A stretch of DNA of 64,000 nt from a virus. Lineage: Duplodnaviria; Caudoviricetes. Both the position numbers and the translations under genes were made by a program. Location: the IMG/VR virus record IMGVR_UViG_3300031993_000007; one strand, given 5' to 3'. Positions 9,246 to 18,416 of this stretch are shown one piece after another. Under the pieces are notes generated by a model. The model was not told the DNA's origin. It ran no database searches and saw only the letters and a program-made list of their open reading frames with translations. The stretch's first letter is position 1. Each line of letters opens with the position of its first letter.

Positions 9246-9563
9246 TTTCTTCAAAATTTCCAGATATGCCCATTTACAAAATGCTACTTTGTCGTATAAG
9301 CATACATCGTTTATGTCTTCAGAGTAAAACATACCATCCGGTATTCTAAGCTCAGAAGCACGATCTCTTTCTTCAGATAACGGGAATCGTTTGCAATCAT
9401 CGTATTGACTCCAATCGGTATATTCTACGCACACATCCATATACTCTGATAGAGTCATGTTGCATTCACTAGAAGATATGCAAGTTTTTGTATCAGCAGA
9501 GATCGATGATGATTAGCTGCAAGCCATAAAAATGATGGAAATAAGAATGACTACGTACCTCAT
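9243..9563 (-). pseudogene. putative lipoprotein with in-frame TAA at codon 17
   Basis: GGAGG-ATG 9563 MRYVVILISIIFMACS*SSSISAD... continues in frame into ORF 9243-9458; TAA at 9513-9515. Confidence 0.65.
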
Positions 9564-9601
9564 AATATACCTCCATTGTTTAATTTTATGATTTACGCAT
9601 C

Positions 9602-9640
9602 ATTTAATATACCGCCGGATCATAGAAATCTACGAAAAAA
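9602..9640 (-). repeat. 39-bp promoter-containing repeat, copy 1
   Basis: ATTTAATATACCGCCGGATCATAGAAATCTACGAAAAAA, 1 mismatch to 19612-19650. Confidence 0.9.
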
Positions 9641-9641
9641 A

Positions 9642-9870
9642 AACGAGTTGTTACCCTCGTTTCGTGCCACTTCCGTCCTCCGTCATAATCCACAAACAGC
9701 TACGCATGCTGTTACACTGGATCATAGACTTCGAAACGCCTCTCGACGCTGGCTCCACGTTATCAAGCGAGTCCCCACCTCCCCTGGGAAGGTAGATCAA
9801 CCGTACAAGTACTATTGGGAATACTCTCGTGGATGCGGTGTTTCACTTTATTTTTCGCTTGTTTCATTAT
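9642..9870 (-). ncRNA. candidate structured ncRNA A
   Basis: GC-rich gap with four or more hairpins, ending in a terminator; no credible CDS. Confidence 0.45.
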
Positions 9871-9894
9871 TCAATATAATACAGTCTTTTAGAA

Positions 9895-10446
9895 TTATTC
9901 GGAGATTGTACCTTCTATGTAGCGAGCTTTGATGTAATCAACCGTAAAGTCAAAGAAGTTGCATGGTGACACGGCATATCTTAAGGTTCCTATAGTTTCT
10001 GCAATATGACTTTGCAGCGTTAGTAAAACAGTTATAGCATGAATAGGATCTATTCTTGCCATCGAGGCTATATCTTCAACCCATTTCTTCCAGACCGGAA
10101 TAGATTTATCGAACAAGCCTTCATCTTCTAAGACATTCTTGTCTATTCCGTCGCATCTGTCGATGCTGTAAGAAAGAGTTAAGGCGTGATACAATTCTTC
10201 CCAATGAAAGCAAGTCACAATATTATTCAAAGAATCATTTTCATCATAGCGATAATTTCCAAAGGTTTCCATCAATAGATAGCGTATCTTCTTTTTGCAG
10301 TCTTCTTTATTGGTAGCGATCCCATTAGAGTCCACAATAATATGCCAAGGAAACGCTCCGTATTCTTTTACGCACCGACACAGAGCTTTAAAGATCTTTT
10401 TCTCGAGCCTAAATTCAGCAGGAATATGGGAAAATATTTCTGTCAT
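9895..10446 (-). CDS. DP-module family protein
   Basis: MARIDPIHAITVLL near C-terminus; GAGG SD. Confidence 0.8.
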   Translation of the reverse strand: MTEIFSHIPAEFRLEKKIFKALCRCVKEYGAFPWHIIVDSNGIATNKEDCKKKIRYLLMETFGNYRYDENDSLNNIVTCFHWEELYHALTLSYSIDRCDGIDKNVLEDEGLFDKSIPVWKKWVEDIASMARIDPIHAITVLLTLQSHIAETIGTLRYAVSPCNFFDFTVDYIKARYIEGTISE

Positions 10447-10453
10447 TTCTACC

Positions 10454-10867
10454 TCATTGAATTAGCGAATTGATAACTTTGGCTACATTTTTATAGGTCT
10501 TATACCACTCGCAATGATGGCTTCCTCCAAGCCATGCACTACGGTATGAAGAAGATCCAAGGTATTCTACAATCATCGGCACGTATAGCGACGGATCAAT
10601 GGTCAGTATCTTGCAAACTTTCTTTACGAATTCGTGTTTGTTGATGAAATCTTTAACGGAGTCATCAGAACGTCTAAACCATGTTGTTGGAATTTCTTCT
10701 TCTGAGGATGCCCAAGGCTCTAGCCCAAGCTGTTTAAGAATGTATCTAGATTGAACCCGCTCTGTCGACAAAAAGTGAACTCCGGCAACGGCATAGATAA
10801 ATTCTCTCAAAGCAAAGAACACAGCTTTCTCCAAGGACATTTCGCCTTTTTCAAATTTTTTATTCAT
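10454..10867 (-). CDS. DP-module family protein
   Basis: ILTIDPSLYVPMIVEYL ... NSLIQ*. Confidence 0.8.
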   Translation of the reverse strand: MNKKFEKGEMSLEKAVFFALREFIYAVAGVHFLSTERVQSRYILKQLGLEPWASSEEEIPTTWFRRSDDSVKDFINKHEFVKKVCKILTIDPSLYVPMIVEYLGSSSYRSAWLGGSHHCEWYKTYKNVAKVINSLIQ

Positions 10868-10925
10868 TGTATTATTCCTTTACAGCAGCTAGAAAAAATA
10901 TTTCTATTATAAGTACCTCGCTGTT

Positions 10926-10968
10926 TAATATACAAGCAAAAATAAAAGGTATACCCGAAGGTAGACCT
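10926..10968 (-). promoter_or_regulatory. terminator (10947-10968, UUCG loop) + early promoter (10926-10932)
   Basis: AGGTCTACC-TTCG-GGTATACCT, T-run, then TTGTATATTA. Confidence 0.8.
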
Positions 10969-10969
10969 A

Positions 10970-11220
10970 ATTCATGGTATGAGGGAACACGGCTTCTAGC
11001 CCCTCATACCTACGCAATTCCACTATCCGGCGAACTCCTTGTAAGCCTTCCTCGCCGTAACTTTTCCACCTCCCAAAGGTGGCGTTTCTCCTGCGCACTA
11101 TGATCTTTGCTCTAAGATGTTGGGTTTGCATAGGATGGCTCTCCCGGCCATCTCTCCAAGGATTTCTAGAACGTCCTTGTTTCCTGTTGGACGTGCACAT
11201 CACAGCTATGCCACCCCTTT
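10970..11220 (-). ncRNA. candidate structured ncRNA B (~250 nt)
   Basis: six or more nested or serial hairpins, including a perfect 10-bp stem 10976-10985/11001-11010. Confidence 0.55.
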
Positions 11221-11228
11221 TAAATTAT

Positions 11229-11582
11229 TTATTTTTTCTGTGCTTCCTTGGCTTTGGCTATTTCTTCGAAATGATCAATGACATTTAAAAACGTCTGGAA
11301 TACCTTTAGGTCTTTAATGGTCTTGTCATTAGTAGGAAGCACAAACGGAATATCAACAAGCTTCGTATCTTCAGCCTTGCGGCATTCGATATGAATTACT
11401 TCCATACCCATGTCTTGCATATCATCATTTGCACAACGAACATTAATAACCGCCTTGCGAGCCGGGGAGTTATACTCGAATTTGAGGTTCTTCTCGGTTT
11501 CTTCCAGCAATTTGTACGTGTCTTTTTTATTCTTGGCAATCATATTGTTGATGCTGGTTTTTAACGGCACAAAGAATTTCAT
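11229..11582 (-). CDS. hypothetical protein
   Basis: AAGGAG SD. Confidence 0.8.
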   Translation of the reverse strand: MKFFVPLKTSINNMIAKNKKDTYKLLEETEKNLKFEYNSPARKAVINVRCANDDMQDMGMEVIHIECRKAEDTKLVDIPFVLPTNDKTIKDLKVFQTFLNVIDHFEEIAKAKEAQKK

Positions 11583-11632
11583 TCATTATCTCCTTGGTTT
11601 AGGTTGAATTTGTACAGGTAGGGTCTAAATTC

Positions 11633-11974
11633 TTAGCAGTTCTCAGGTGAAAGCTCGTAGATTGTTCCATCTTTTCTGGTCTCAATCCATTCTTCTCTTT
11701 CAGCTATGTATGAAGCCAGATCGTAGTTCGCAATATCTTCGGGAACCTTCGTCATGTCTATTGCAAGCGGATTCTTTAATGCCCTTATGATTTCAGAGCA
11801 ACCAACTTCGACTATATTCTCTTCGTTATAGAACGTAAGAGTTTTATTTGATTTATGTTTGCTACTGAATTCTTCGAATATTCTTAAAAGAATATTTCTG
11901 TTTCCTTCTGTGACAAATCCGCATAATGGAAATTTTATGCTCTCAACGTTGTAAATGATAAGAAATTTATCCAT
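11633..11974 (-). CDS. hypothetical protein (start revised to MDKFL)
   Basis: AAGGA SD downstream of the promoter at 12015. Confidence 0.75.
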   Translation of the reverse strand: MDKFLIIYNVESIKFPLCGFVTEGNRNILLRIFEEFSSKHKSNKTLTFYNEENIVEVGCSEIIRALKNPLAIDMTKVPEDIANYDLASYIAEREEWIETRKDGTIYELSPENC

Positions 11975-12014
11975 TTGTGTTTTCCTTTTGTTTGGGTTGA
12001 ATTTGTACACATTA

Positions 12015-12058
12015 TAATATACAAGCAAAAAGAAAAAGGTCTACCCGAAGGTAGACCT
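12015..12058 (-). promoter_or_regulatory. terminator (12037-12058) + early promoter (12015-12021)
   Basis: AGGTCTACCCGAAGGTAGACCT identical to 17620-17641. Confidence 0.8.
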
Positions 12059-12059
12059 T

Positions 12060-12196
12060 ATAGCCCTAGTGCTGACTGACAGCTTCACGACTGAACCATG
12101 TAGGTACATCTTTGACGTTTTGCTCGTTTGAAGTCGTGGACGATCGTTACTTCGCCGAATAAGAGGGCTGTTTATTTGTTATACGCATATCTGTAC
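12060..12196 (-). ncRNA. candidate late-promoter ncRNA C (~135 nt)
   Basis: between late motif 12196-12207 and terminator; stems AGCCCT/AGGGCT and CACGACT/AGTCGTG. Confidence 0.5.
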
Positions 12197-12207
12197 AATG
12201 TATTGTT
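12196..12207 (-). promoter_or_regulatory. putative late promoter AACAATACATTG
   Basis: matches the AAC[TA]-N4-ATTG motif seen before structural genes. Confidence 0.55.
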
Positions 12208-12246
12208 ATTCTTTCTCACATGAGTATTTTTCTTTACTTTTCATAG

Positions 12247-12807
12247 CTAGCCGTCCTTACATTCGGAATCTCTTCCTTTCTCCTTTTCTGGTTCATCGTG
12301 CACAACGGGCTTCAGCTGGAAGTATTTCTCCCAGTCAAACGCTTTGATAAGGTACTGAACGAATCTTTGGAATGTATCCCTTCGTTCTTCGTCCTTTCCT
12401 GACCAACCAACAATGCAACGGCTTACGATGAAGCTTAGCATGTGGAAACGGTCGTTTTGCGCTAGATCTTTCTCAGTAAAGTACCCTTCAATCTCTTCGG
12501 ATTTCTTGTTTCGGAATTTCAAGAAGGTTACTACGTCTTTGCTAAAGGACTTGATGTACCGCTTCAGTTGCCAATCATGGATAGTTTTCATATATCCATC
12601 TTTCTTCCTAGCTCTTAGCACGGTCTTGAAAGTAGAGACATCGATGGTGAGCTCTGCGGCAATTGAACCTTCAATAAAGCACTGAATCTCTTTCTCAAAG
12701 ACTCCGGTTATTGTACCCATTTGAGACGTTCTTTCTTTGGTCTTGTAGGTAACAATTTCGAATCCGGCCGCTTCACGGATTATCTTGCAAAACTGTTTTT
12801 CATTCAT
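12247..12807 (-). CDS. hypothetical protein, paralog of 16331-16906
   Basis: ERTSQMGTITGVFEK vs ERTSQVGAITGVYEK; LKFRNK in both. Confidence 0.85.
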   Translation of the reverse strand: MNEKQFCKIIREAAGFEIVTYKTKERTSQMGTITGVFEKEIQCFIEGSIAAELTIDVSTFKTVLRARKKDGYMKTIHDWQLKRYIKSFSKDVVTFLKFRNKKSEEIEGYFTEKDLAQNDRFHMLSFIVSRCIVGWSGKDEERRDTFQRFVQYLIKAFDWEKYFQLKPVVHDEPEKEKGRDSECKDG

Positions 12808-12824
12808 GGGTTTTCCTTAAGTTG

Positions 12825-13151
12825 TTATTTATTAAGGTTAAACTCTACTCCGATCGGATCCTGAACACTGAAAGAGAGCTTCTTCATAGAAGACGCAATA
12901 TCCTGCAAGGAATCAACGTCATTGTAGGATTCGCCTACGTCAGCGTACTGGTGGATAACCGTTCCCTTACCATTTTCGGAATCCCAAATCAAACGGTTTA
13001 CGCCGCTGTATTTTTCAGGATCGCCTTGAGCAAAGCATACAGTAATGCTCTCAATAGTCCGGCACAGCGAAAATAAGGCTGCACTTATGCCATGGTTTTT
13101 CAGTTCAGGGAAGTTGTCTGACAAAACATTGATAAACTGTTCTGGGCACAT
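12825..13151 (-). CDS. hypothetical protein, paralog of 1662-1994
   Basis: see 1662-1994; GGAGG SD. Confidence 0.8.
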   Translation of the reverse strand: MCPEQFINVLSDNFPELKNHGISAALFSLCRTIESITVCFAQGDPEKYSGVNRLIWDSENGKGTVIHQYADVGESYNDVDSLQDIASSMKKLSFSVQDPIGVEFNLNK

Positions 13152-13634
13152 TTATTTTTCCTCCTTGGATTTTTTGAAGATTTGGCAGATATAAGCCATG
13201 ATTCGGCTGATTCTGCCTTCTTTGGGCTTTTGACTTGCTTGTTGCTCGTTGTCCATTTGATCCATAACTCTTTTAAGCCAAGCGATGTGGACGTCAGCTA
13301 CATGCTTTTCATTCCGACGACACAAAGGCATCTTTTTATAGCTTTCAAGGTCATTGATAAGAACCGGAATTCTTGTCTTTGGATCTGCAAGAACAGCTTT
13401 TGCAATTTCTGTTTTTAGATCAAGTCTTTCGCATTGAAAATCCCAGAAGTCGTCATCAGAATTAAAGGTGTTTTCCATCACTTCTTCACGATTCGGAATC
13501 CACTTCTGGTCTCTATTTTTAAAGAAGATCTCTGTTTCAACTTGTCCACGAACTGCAATCCCACAACGGATAGCATCCCAAACAGTATTTATAAACCATC
13601 TGGCGATATTCCCAGATTTGTAATATACTTTCAT
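13152..13634 (-). CDS. probable DP-module family protein
   Basis: AVLADPKTRIPVLINDL. Confidence 0.75.
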   Translation of the reverse strand: MKVYYKSGNIARWFINTVWDAIRCGIAVRGQVETEIFFKNRDQKWIPNREEVMENTFNSDDDFWDFQCERLDLKTEIAKAVLADPKTRIPVLINDLESYKKMPLCRRNEKHVADVHIAWLKRVMDQMDNEQQASQKPKEGRISRIMAYICQIFKKSKEEK

Positions 13635-14347
13635 TATTTTTCTCCTAATTTGAACTCTTTTACAAGCTCAGGACTAAATAATTCAGGGAATTCAGCATAC
13701 AATGCTTTTGCATTTACCGTGTAACATGCCAACAGATGATCGATCTCTTCAGCGGTTTTAAGATTAAAGAGATCATCCGGATGGATTCTCAGTGCATCTG
13801 CAACATTATCATCAGTGGTTATAAAGAAATTGTGAGCGTAAGCCTCTACACGAATCTTGTATCCTCGGCCTTGAAGCTCCTTAATAGCGATGTAGATATT
13901 AACAGTCTCTAGCAAGCTTCTGTAGTAATCTTCTGGCTTAAAACAACTGTTCTGATAGAATTTCTTATCGACAACTCCGGTGCAACAGTCTATGAAGACA
14001 CGCGCTCCGTAGTAGCCTTTCTTTCCGGCGTTGGTTATTTTTTCTAAGAATTTTTCGATAAATTCTCTAGGTCTTTTAGCTGCCTTCTGTATTGCCATAA
14101 GATTTTTAGCGTGTTCCGCTGCTTCAAGAACTTCCTGAGAAGTTACCTTAACATCAGCGGCTTTAATAACGCTCTCGTAATCAAGGGATGTCCGAATTTT
14201 CACGAGATAATCTATAAGGCTATCAATTTCCCCAGCCTCAATAGAGAGACGGGTTTTTATCGGAGAGCAAGTTGGACTTGGGCTATCTACAGGGGTGGCG
14301 CTAGCGCTACTTTTGGATCCAAATAGTTTAGATAAGCATTTAAACAT
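13634..14347 (-). CDS. hypothetical protein (start revised to MFKCLSK)
   Basis: ATG overlapping the upstream stop region. Confidence 0.75.
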   Translation of the reverse strand: MFKCLSKLFGSKSSASATPVDSPSPTCSPIKTRLSIEAGEIDSLIDYLVKIRTSLDYESVIKAADVKVTSQEVLEAAEHAKNLMAIQKAAKRPREFIEKFLEKITNAGKKGYYGARVFIDCCTGVVDKKFYQNSCFKPEDYYRSLLETVNIYIAIKELQGRGYKIRVEAYAHNFFITTDDNVADALRIHPDDLFNLKTAEEIDHLLACYTVNAKALYAEFPELFSPELVKEFKLGEK

Positions 14348-14894
14348 CTTCTTCATTCCTTTTGGTTTTATCAGTGACCTTAATGTCCACTGTCCAATTC
14401 GGGGCGACGTAGCTTGCAATCTTTTTCAGGAAGGTTTCTAGACTTTCGTAGTCTTCAAAACACCTGCACACAATCCGATAAAGCACAAGCATTTTGTTTT
14501 CTTTAGGAAGAATAGCAGCATACGGCTTCGGGCTGTGGATGTCATCAAATATATCCCAGATCTTGTTGCGTCCACGGATCCATTCAATTTCGTGTCTCAT
14601 GCACTTTCGTACACATCTCTTCAAGAAAAGGGGATTTATAATGCGAAGATCATCAGTAATCTTTTTCTTGGCGTGCACAATTGTAGTACCCCGATCAACA
14701 TCTACGATGATATTGGCGATAACATAGCCCTGCCATTCATATGTGACCTTCTTAAGGTCAGTAGATCCGTGCATGTATCCGCCGCAGCAGTATTTCTCCT
14801 CGTGGATTTTAAATTCTCCAATTTGAAAGCCATACATGGCTTTTTCTACGTCATTGATAAAATTGATGATAGTATACATAGGTCTCTTATACAT
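14340..14894 (-). CDS. hypothetical protein, distant paralog of 12247/16331
   Basis: ANIIVDVDRGTTIVHAKKK vs AELTIDVSTFKTVLRARKK. Confidence 0.75.
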   Translation of the reverse strand: MYKRPMYTIINFINDVEKAMYGFQIGEFKIHEEKYCCGGYMHGSTDLKKVTYEWQGYVIANIIVDVDRGTTIVHAKKKITDDLRIINPLFLKRCVRKCMRHEIEWIRGRNKIWDIFDDIHSPKPYAAILPKENKMLVLYRIVCRCFEDYESLETFLKKIASYVAPNWTVDIKVTDKTKRNEEDV

Positions 14895-15456
14895 CTTGCT
14901 GGGTGATTTGAGAAAAGTTGTGTTTAAGCTTGGCAAATACATCAGGATCGCTGAATAGAGCTACCTTCCTGCGTACAGGTTCAAAGTATTTATTATTGAA
15001 TATCAACAGCTTTTTGATAACAGGCGTATCCATTTGCAGATTAAACTTATAGAAAGCCGATCTGATGAAGTAGAGCTGATCTTCGGCATAACGCTTAAAG
15101 ATAATCTTATAGATATCAAACTTGGAATTCACAGCTATAACGCCGTATTCATTTTCTTTGAGTTCGTCAAGTTCCCAAAAACTTGTAGAGTTAGCGAAAT
15201 AGCAGTTTTCGTAGGTGTCAATCTCTTCAAGAACAGAGGAAAGCTGTTCAAAGTCTTCCGGAATAAAAATCTTAAGTTTGTCGTTATCAGCGATTATCCT
15301 CCTGAAGGTGTCTAGTCCTATATTGGCAGAATGGATATAGTAATGCTTTTCTTGAAGCTCTCCTCTAGCCAAGAATAACGGAACATAGATTTCACTCAGG
15401 CTTGAAACACTCCGAAAGATTGCTTCGAGCTTAGCCTTAACAGCATTTTCGATCAT
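14887..15456 (-). CDS. hypothetical protein (start revised to MIENAV)
   Basis: AAGGAG SD downstream of the promoter at 15488. Confidence 0.8.
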   Translation of the reverse strand: MIENAVKAKLEAIFRSVSSLSEIYVPLFLARGELQEKHYYIHSANIGLDTFRRIIADNDKLKIFIPEDFEQLSSVLEEIDTYENCYFANSTSFWELDELKENEYGVIAVNSKFDIYKIIFKRYAEDQLYFIRSAFYKFNLQMDTPVIKKLLIFNNKYFEPVRRKVALFSDPDVFAKLKHNFSQITQQDV

Positions 15457-15487
15457 TTGTATCTCCTTAGGTTGGTTGTACATTCTA

Positions 15488-15530
15488 TAATATACAAACC
15501 AAAAAAAGAAAGACATCCGAAGATGTCTTT
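15488..15530 (-). promoter_or_regulatory. terminator (15509-15530, UUCG) + early promoter (15488-15494)
   Basis: AAAGACATC/GATGTCTTT stem. Confidence 0.8.
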
Positions 15531-15531
15531 A

Positions 15532-15732
15532 TTAATATTTGAAGGCTTTTATTTTACCGCACTTCGTGCATTTGTAGATAGGGGCTTCTGTTGACATCTT
15601 GTTTTGTAGCTTGTAGTCATGGTCACACCACAAACTCGAAATCTTGGTAAGAATCCAGATGACAAGCAGGATACCCAATATAACGCACAGAATAATTATT
15701 AGCATTGTTGTTCCGTCGATAGTTATTATCAT
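15532..15732 (-). CDS. small TM protein with CxH...CxxC Zn motif
   Basis: hydrophobic helix then WCDH...CTKCG. Confidence 0.7.
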   Translation of the reverse strand: MIITIDGTTMLIIILCVILGILLVIWILTKISSLWCDHDYKLQNKMSTEAPIYKCTKCGKIKAFKY

Positions 15733-15772
15733 TGTTACTCCTTTGTTAATTTGAAGAGTTACCTAGAATAAC

Positions 15773-16329
15773 TTATGAGGGTTTTTTCTTCACTTTCCGT
15801 GCAACGAACGGTTTAAACGCTTCCGGCAGTATGTTTTGGTCATTAAGAAATTTGAATATTCCGAAAAATTCCTTCAAGACATTTTTCTTGATTTCATTTG
15901 GGTTTACTGGAATCAACGAATCTAGTTCTCCGGGATCAAGCAATTCAGATATTTCTCTATAAATTAGGATATCATTACAAAGGTCTTTACTTCCCCATAG
16001 ATCCATATTAAGATCAAACAGAGTTAATTTCCTATAAACTGAACCGTCGTTATACCGCTTATATCCATGATCTTTTATCACGTAATAATACTGCTTACAA
16101 TTTTCGTCGGCTGATGTTCCGTCTTCAGTTTTAAACCATTTGCCTTCATAGGTCTTGGTATCTTCTGGAAGACTAGAAGACTTTTCAAGCTGCTTAAGCT
16201 TAGCCTTTAGATCGCTTACTTCGGCGGTTTTTCTGCAAGAGATTTCTGCGCATCTGCCAATACTTTCTTGGTTTCGGCGATCCGCTTAGAGATTTCATCT
16301 TTCGGAATCGACTCTTTCTTCTTAGCCAT
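15773..16329 (-). pseudogene. frameshifted paralog of 19684-20235
   Basis: ATG 16329 MAKKKES...; one A missing in the A5 run 16228-16232; restoring it gives a continuous ORF with GKWF..YYYVIKDHGY matching GKWY..YVFVKEDLGY. Confidence 0.75.
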
Positions 16330-16330
16330 A

Positions 16331-16906
16331 TTATTCACCTTCAATTGCGCTTACTGAGCCATCACTCATTTGAAATTTGGGCTCAGGCTCATCATAAACT
16401 ATATCAGACAACTTGAGCTTCGTTTCCCATCCAAAGAATTCGATAATACGATTAACGAAATCCTTGAAGTTATTCATTCGTTTGTCATCATCCATTGAAT
16501 AAGTAACGATGCTGCGACCGATGAAGAAATTGAGCAGATGATAGCGCCTTTCTTTGCTAAGATCATTGTCGTCAATAAAGTCGTCAATAAGTTTTGCCGT
16601 TTTGTTGCGGAATTTTAGATAGTCCACAGTCTTCTTGGCACAGGCCTTTACGCAGCCCTTGAGCTTCCGTTCAGGAATTACCACAAAATGGCCATCGCTC
16701 TTCTTAGCTTCCAATATGGTTTCGAAGTTGCAAATCTTTATAGTAAGTCTGGCAACAAGCTTTTCTTCCATAAAGCAACTGATAACCTTTTCATAGACAC
16801 CAGTAATCGCTCCAACCTGTGATGTACGTTCAGAAGTCCGGTATTCAAGAATATCAAAATTCTGAACAGCATCCTTTGTAATTTTGAAGAATTGACATTC
16901 GGTCAT
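16331..16906 (-). CDS. hypothetical protein, paralog of 12247-12807
   Basis: see 12247-12807; GAGG SD. Confidence 0.85.
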   Translation of the reverse strand: MTECQFFKITKDAVQNFDILEYRTSERTSQVGAITGVYEKVISCFMEEKLVARLTIKICNFETILEAKKSDGHFVVIPERKLKGCVKACAKKTVDYLKFRNKTAKLIDDFIDDNDLSKERRYHLLNFFIGRSIVTYSMDDDKRMNNFKDFVNRIIEFFGWETKLKLSDIVYDEPEPKFQMSDGSVSAIEGE

Positions 16907-16927
16907 ATTTACCTCTTTCTTGGGTCG

Positions 16928-17548
16928 TTAAATTACCTGTTTGATAGCCTTTTGGGATATATCCTTTACTGCTTTTTCGTATTCTTCTTTGGTGATCTCT
17001 ATTATAGAGTCAGGCACTTCTTCAGTCAGAGAGTACGAAGTTCTGGTGTGCTTAGGTCTAAGGATGAATACCGGGTTCTTGTCATAGTCTTTGTAAATGA
17101 AGACCAAAGTTCCGATGATGTTAAATAACGGATCTCCTTGATTGAAATTGATCTTAGCTTCACTTACATGGATATAAAATCCGCTATGACCTTCTTTTGT
17201 TAATTCGTCGGTAGGATATTCATACAGATACTTATCTTTGAAGAATTCATCAAAGGCTTTATTGACAGCTTGTATGTCGTTCAGCAATTCTTGAGTAGAT
17301 CTGTCATCTTGAATCAAAACTTTCGTCTTGAATTCTTTTAAAGATTTCAAGAGGGCACTTCCAGTTGCTTCGAGCTGAATAACATGGCACTCTGGATCTC
17401 TGCCATTAGACATCATATTGGTAATGTCTGACGCATATTTGGTAATATTTACCTTAAGATTGTTAATATTATTCCGGTTATTCAGAATCTTGCGGATCTT
17501 TTCTTTAAGATCTCCAGGAAAGATAAGATTGGATTTTTGTTCAGGCAT
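16928..17548 (-). CDS. hypothetical protein
   Basis: GGAG SD after early promoter 17587. Confidence 0.8.
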   Translation of the reverse strand: MPEQKSNLIFPGDLKEKIRKILNNRNNINNLKVNITKYASDITNMMSNGRDPECHVIQLEATGSALLKSLKEFKTKVLIQDDRSTQELLNDIQAVNKAFDEFFKDKYLYEYPTDELTKEGHSGFYIHVSEAKINFNQGDPLFNIIGTLVFIYKDYDKNPVFILRPKHTRTSYSLTEEVPDSIIEITKEEYEKAVKDISQKAIKQVI

Positions 17549-17586
17549 GTTTCAATTCTCCATTGAGTTGATGGTTATACAAAAAA

Positions 17587-17641
17587 TAATATAGGCACGT
17601 TTGAATGTATAAAAAATAAAGGTCTACCCGAAGGTAGACCT
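17587..17641 (-). promoter_or_regulatory. terminator (17620-17641) + early promoter (17587-17593)
   Basis: hairpin identical to 12037-12058. Confidence 0.8.
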
Positions 17642-17646
17642 GTTTA

Positions 17647-17937
17647 TTACTCCTGAATGAACTTCTTGAGTACGTTCTTAGCATCAATGATAATCTTATC
17701 AACAGCCTTGGCAGACTTGAACTTCTTTTCAAGACCATTGCAAATATGGATCATCAATGCCTTATGATTTGCTTCAAGATTTTCTAGCGAAGACTCTAAG
17801 AGATTTGAGAACAAGGCGTAGGCTTCACCTTGCCAAAAAGCTTCTTCGCTTGATACCGTGGTGTCTTTAGCTAAGGCAGAACTTAAGATGTTTTGGATAT
17901 CATAAACAATGCCTTTCTTTTTATCTTATTCGAGCAT
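17647..17937 (-). pseudogene. 97-codon gene (incl. stop) with in-frame TAA at codon 4
   Basis: AAGGAG-ATG 17937 MLE*DKKKGIVYDIQ...KNVLKKFIQE*; otherwise open. Confidence 0.65.
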
Positions 17938-17976
17938 ATAGTCTCCTTATATCTAGCACAGATTTGCTTTCTGTTA

Positions 17977-18408
17977 TTACGGTTTGTTGGCTAAATTTGG
18001 AGCCTTCCGATCCTGCTGGCCACACGGAACTCCGTAGAGCCGTTGGGCAGCTTCATTGACAATGGTTTTGATCTTTTTCCAATTATCCATGCGTTCGTGG
18101 CTCTGACCAAACCAGTGTATAAAGTGATGTTCATGCAGGACTTTACTGTCGTTCGGTACCAAGCTGAAGAACAACTTTGCGGCCTCATCGATGTCGAAGA
18201 ATTCCTTTAACTCGGGAATCGTAAAGTACCTTCTTCTTTCCTCAGCAATCTGCCGGAGTCGGCGCTCGCTAAACTGTGACTCGTGATTTACATGCCAGCC
18301 ACCGCCAAAGCCACATCCAGCCAAGAAGAACAGACTATGACAGCAATCATCGTTGTTCTTTAAGGCCTCAATGGTTTTCTGGTATTTTTCAGTCTCTTGG
18401 ATAGGCAT
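17977..18408 (-). CDS. hypothetical protein
   Basis: AGGAG SD. Confidence 0.8.
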   Translation of the reverse strand: MPIQETEKYQKTIEALKNNDDCCHSLFFLAGCGFGGGWHVNHESQFSERRLRQIAEERRRYFTIPELKEFFDIDEAAKLFFSLVPNDSKVLHEHHFIHWFGQSHERMDNWKKIKTIVNEAAQRLYGVPCGQQDRKAPNLANKP

Positions 18409-18416
18409 AGATTCTC

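Noticed and set aside
10967-11203. 78-aa ORF in the track
   Set aside because: Atypical Arg/Gly-rich composition and complete overlap with dense RNA stems; a structured RNA is more likely, though the ORF is not excluded.
9642-12200. tRNA, tmRNA, RNase P or hammerhead identity for the structured gaps
   Set aside because: No cloverleaf with TTCGA T-loop and CCA, no CUGAUGA/GAAA core, and no complete RNase P P4 signature found by eye.
9513-17928. Stop-codon reassignment (TAA read as sense)
   Set aside because: TAA, TAG and TGA all end many genes at tight junctions, and core genes are uninterrupted under code 11. Two isolated cases are better explained as mutations or errors.
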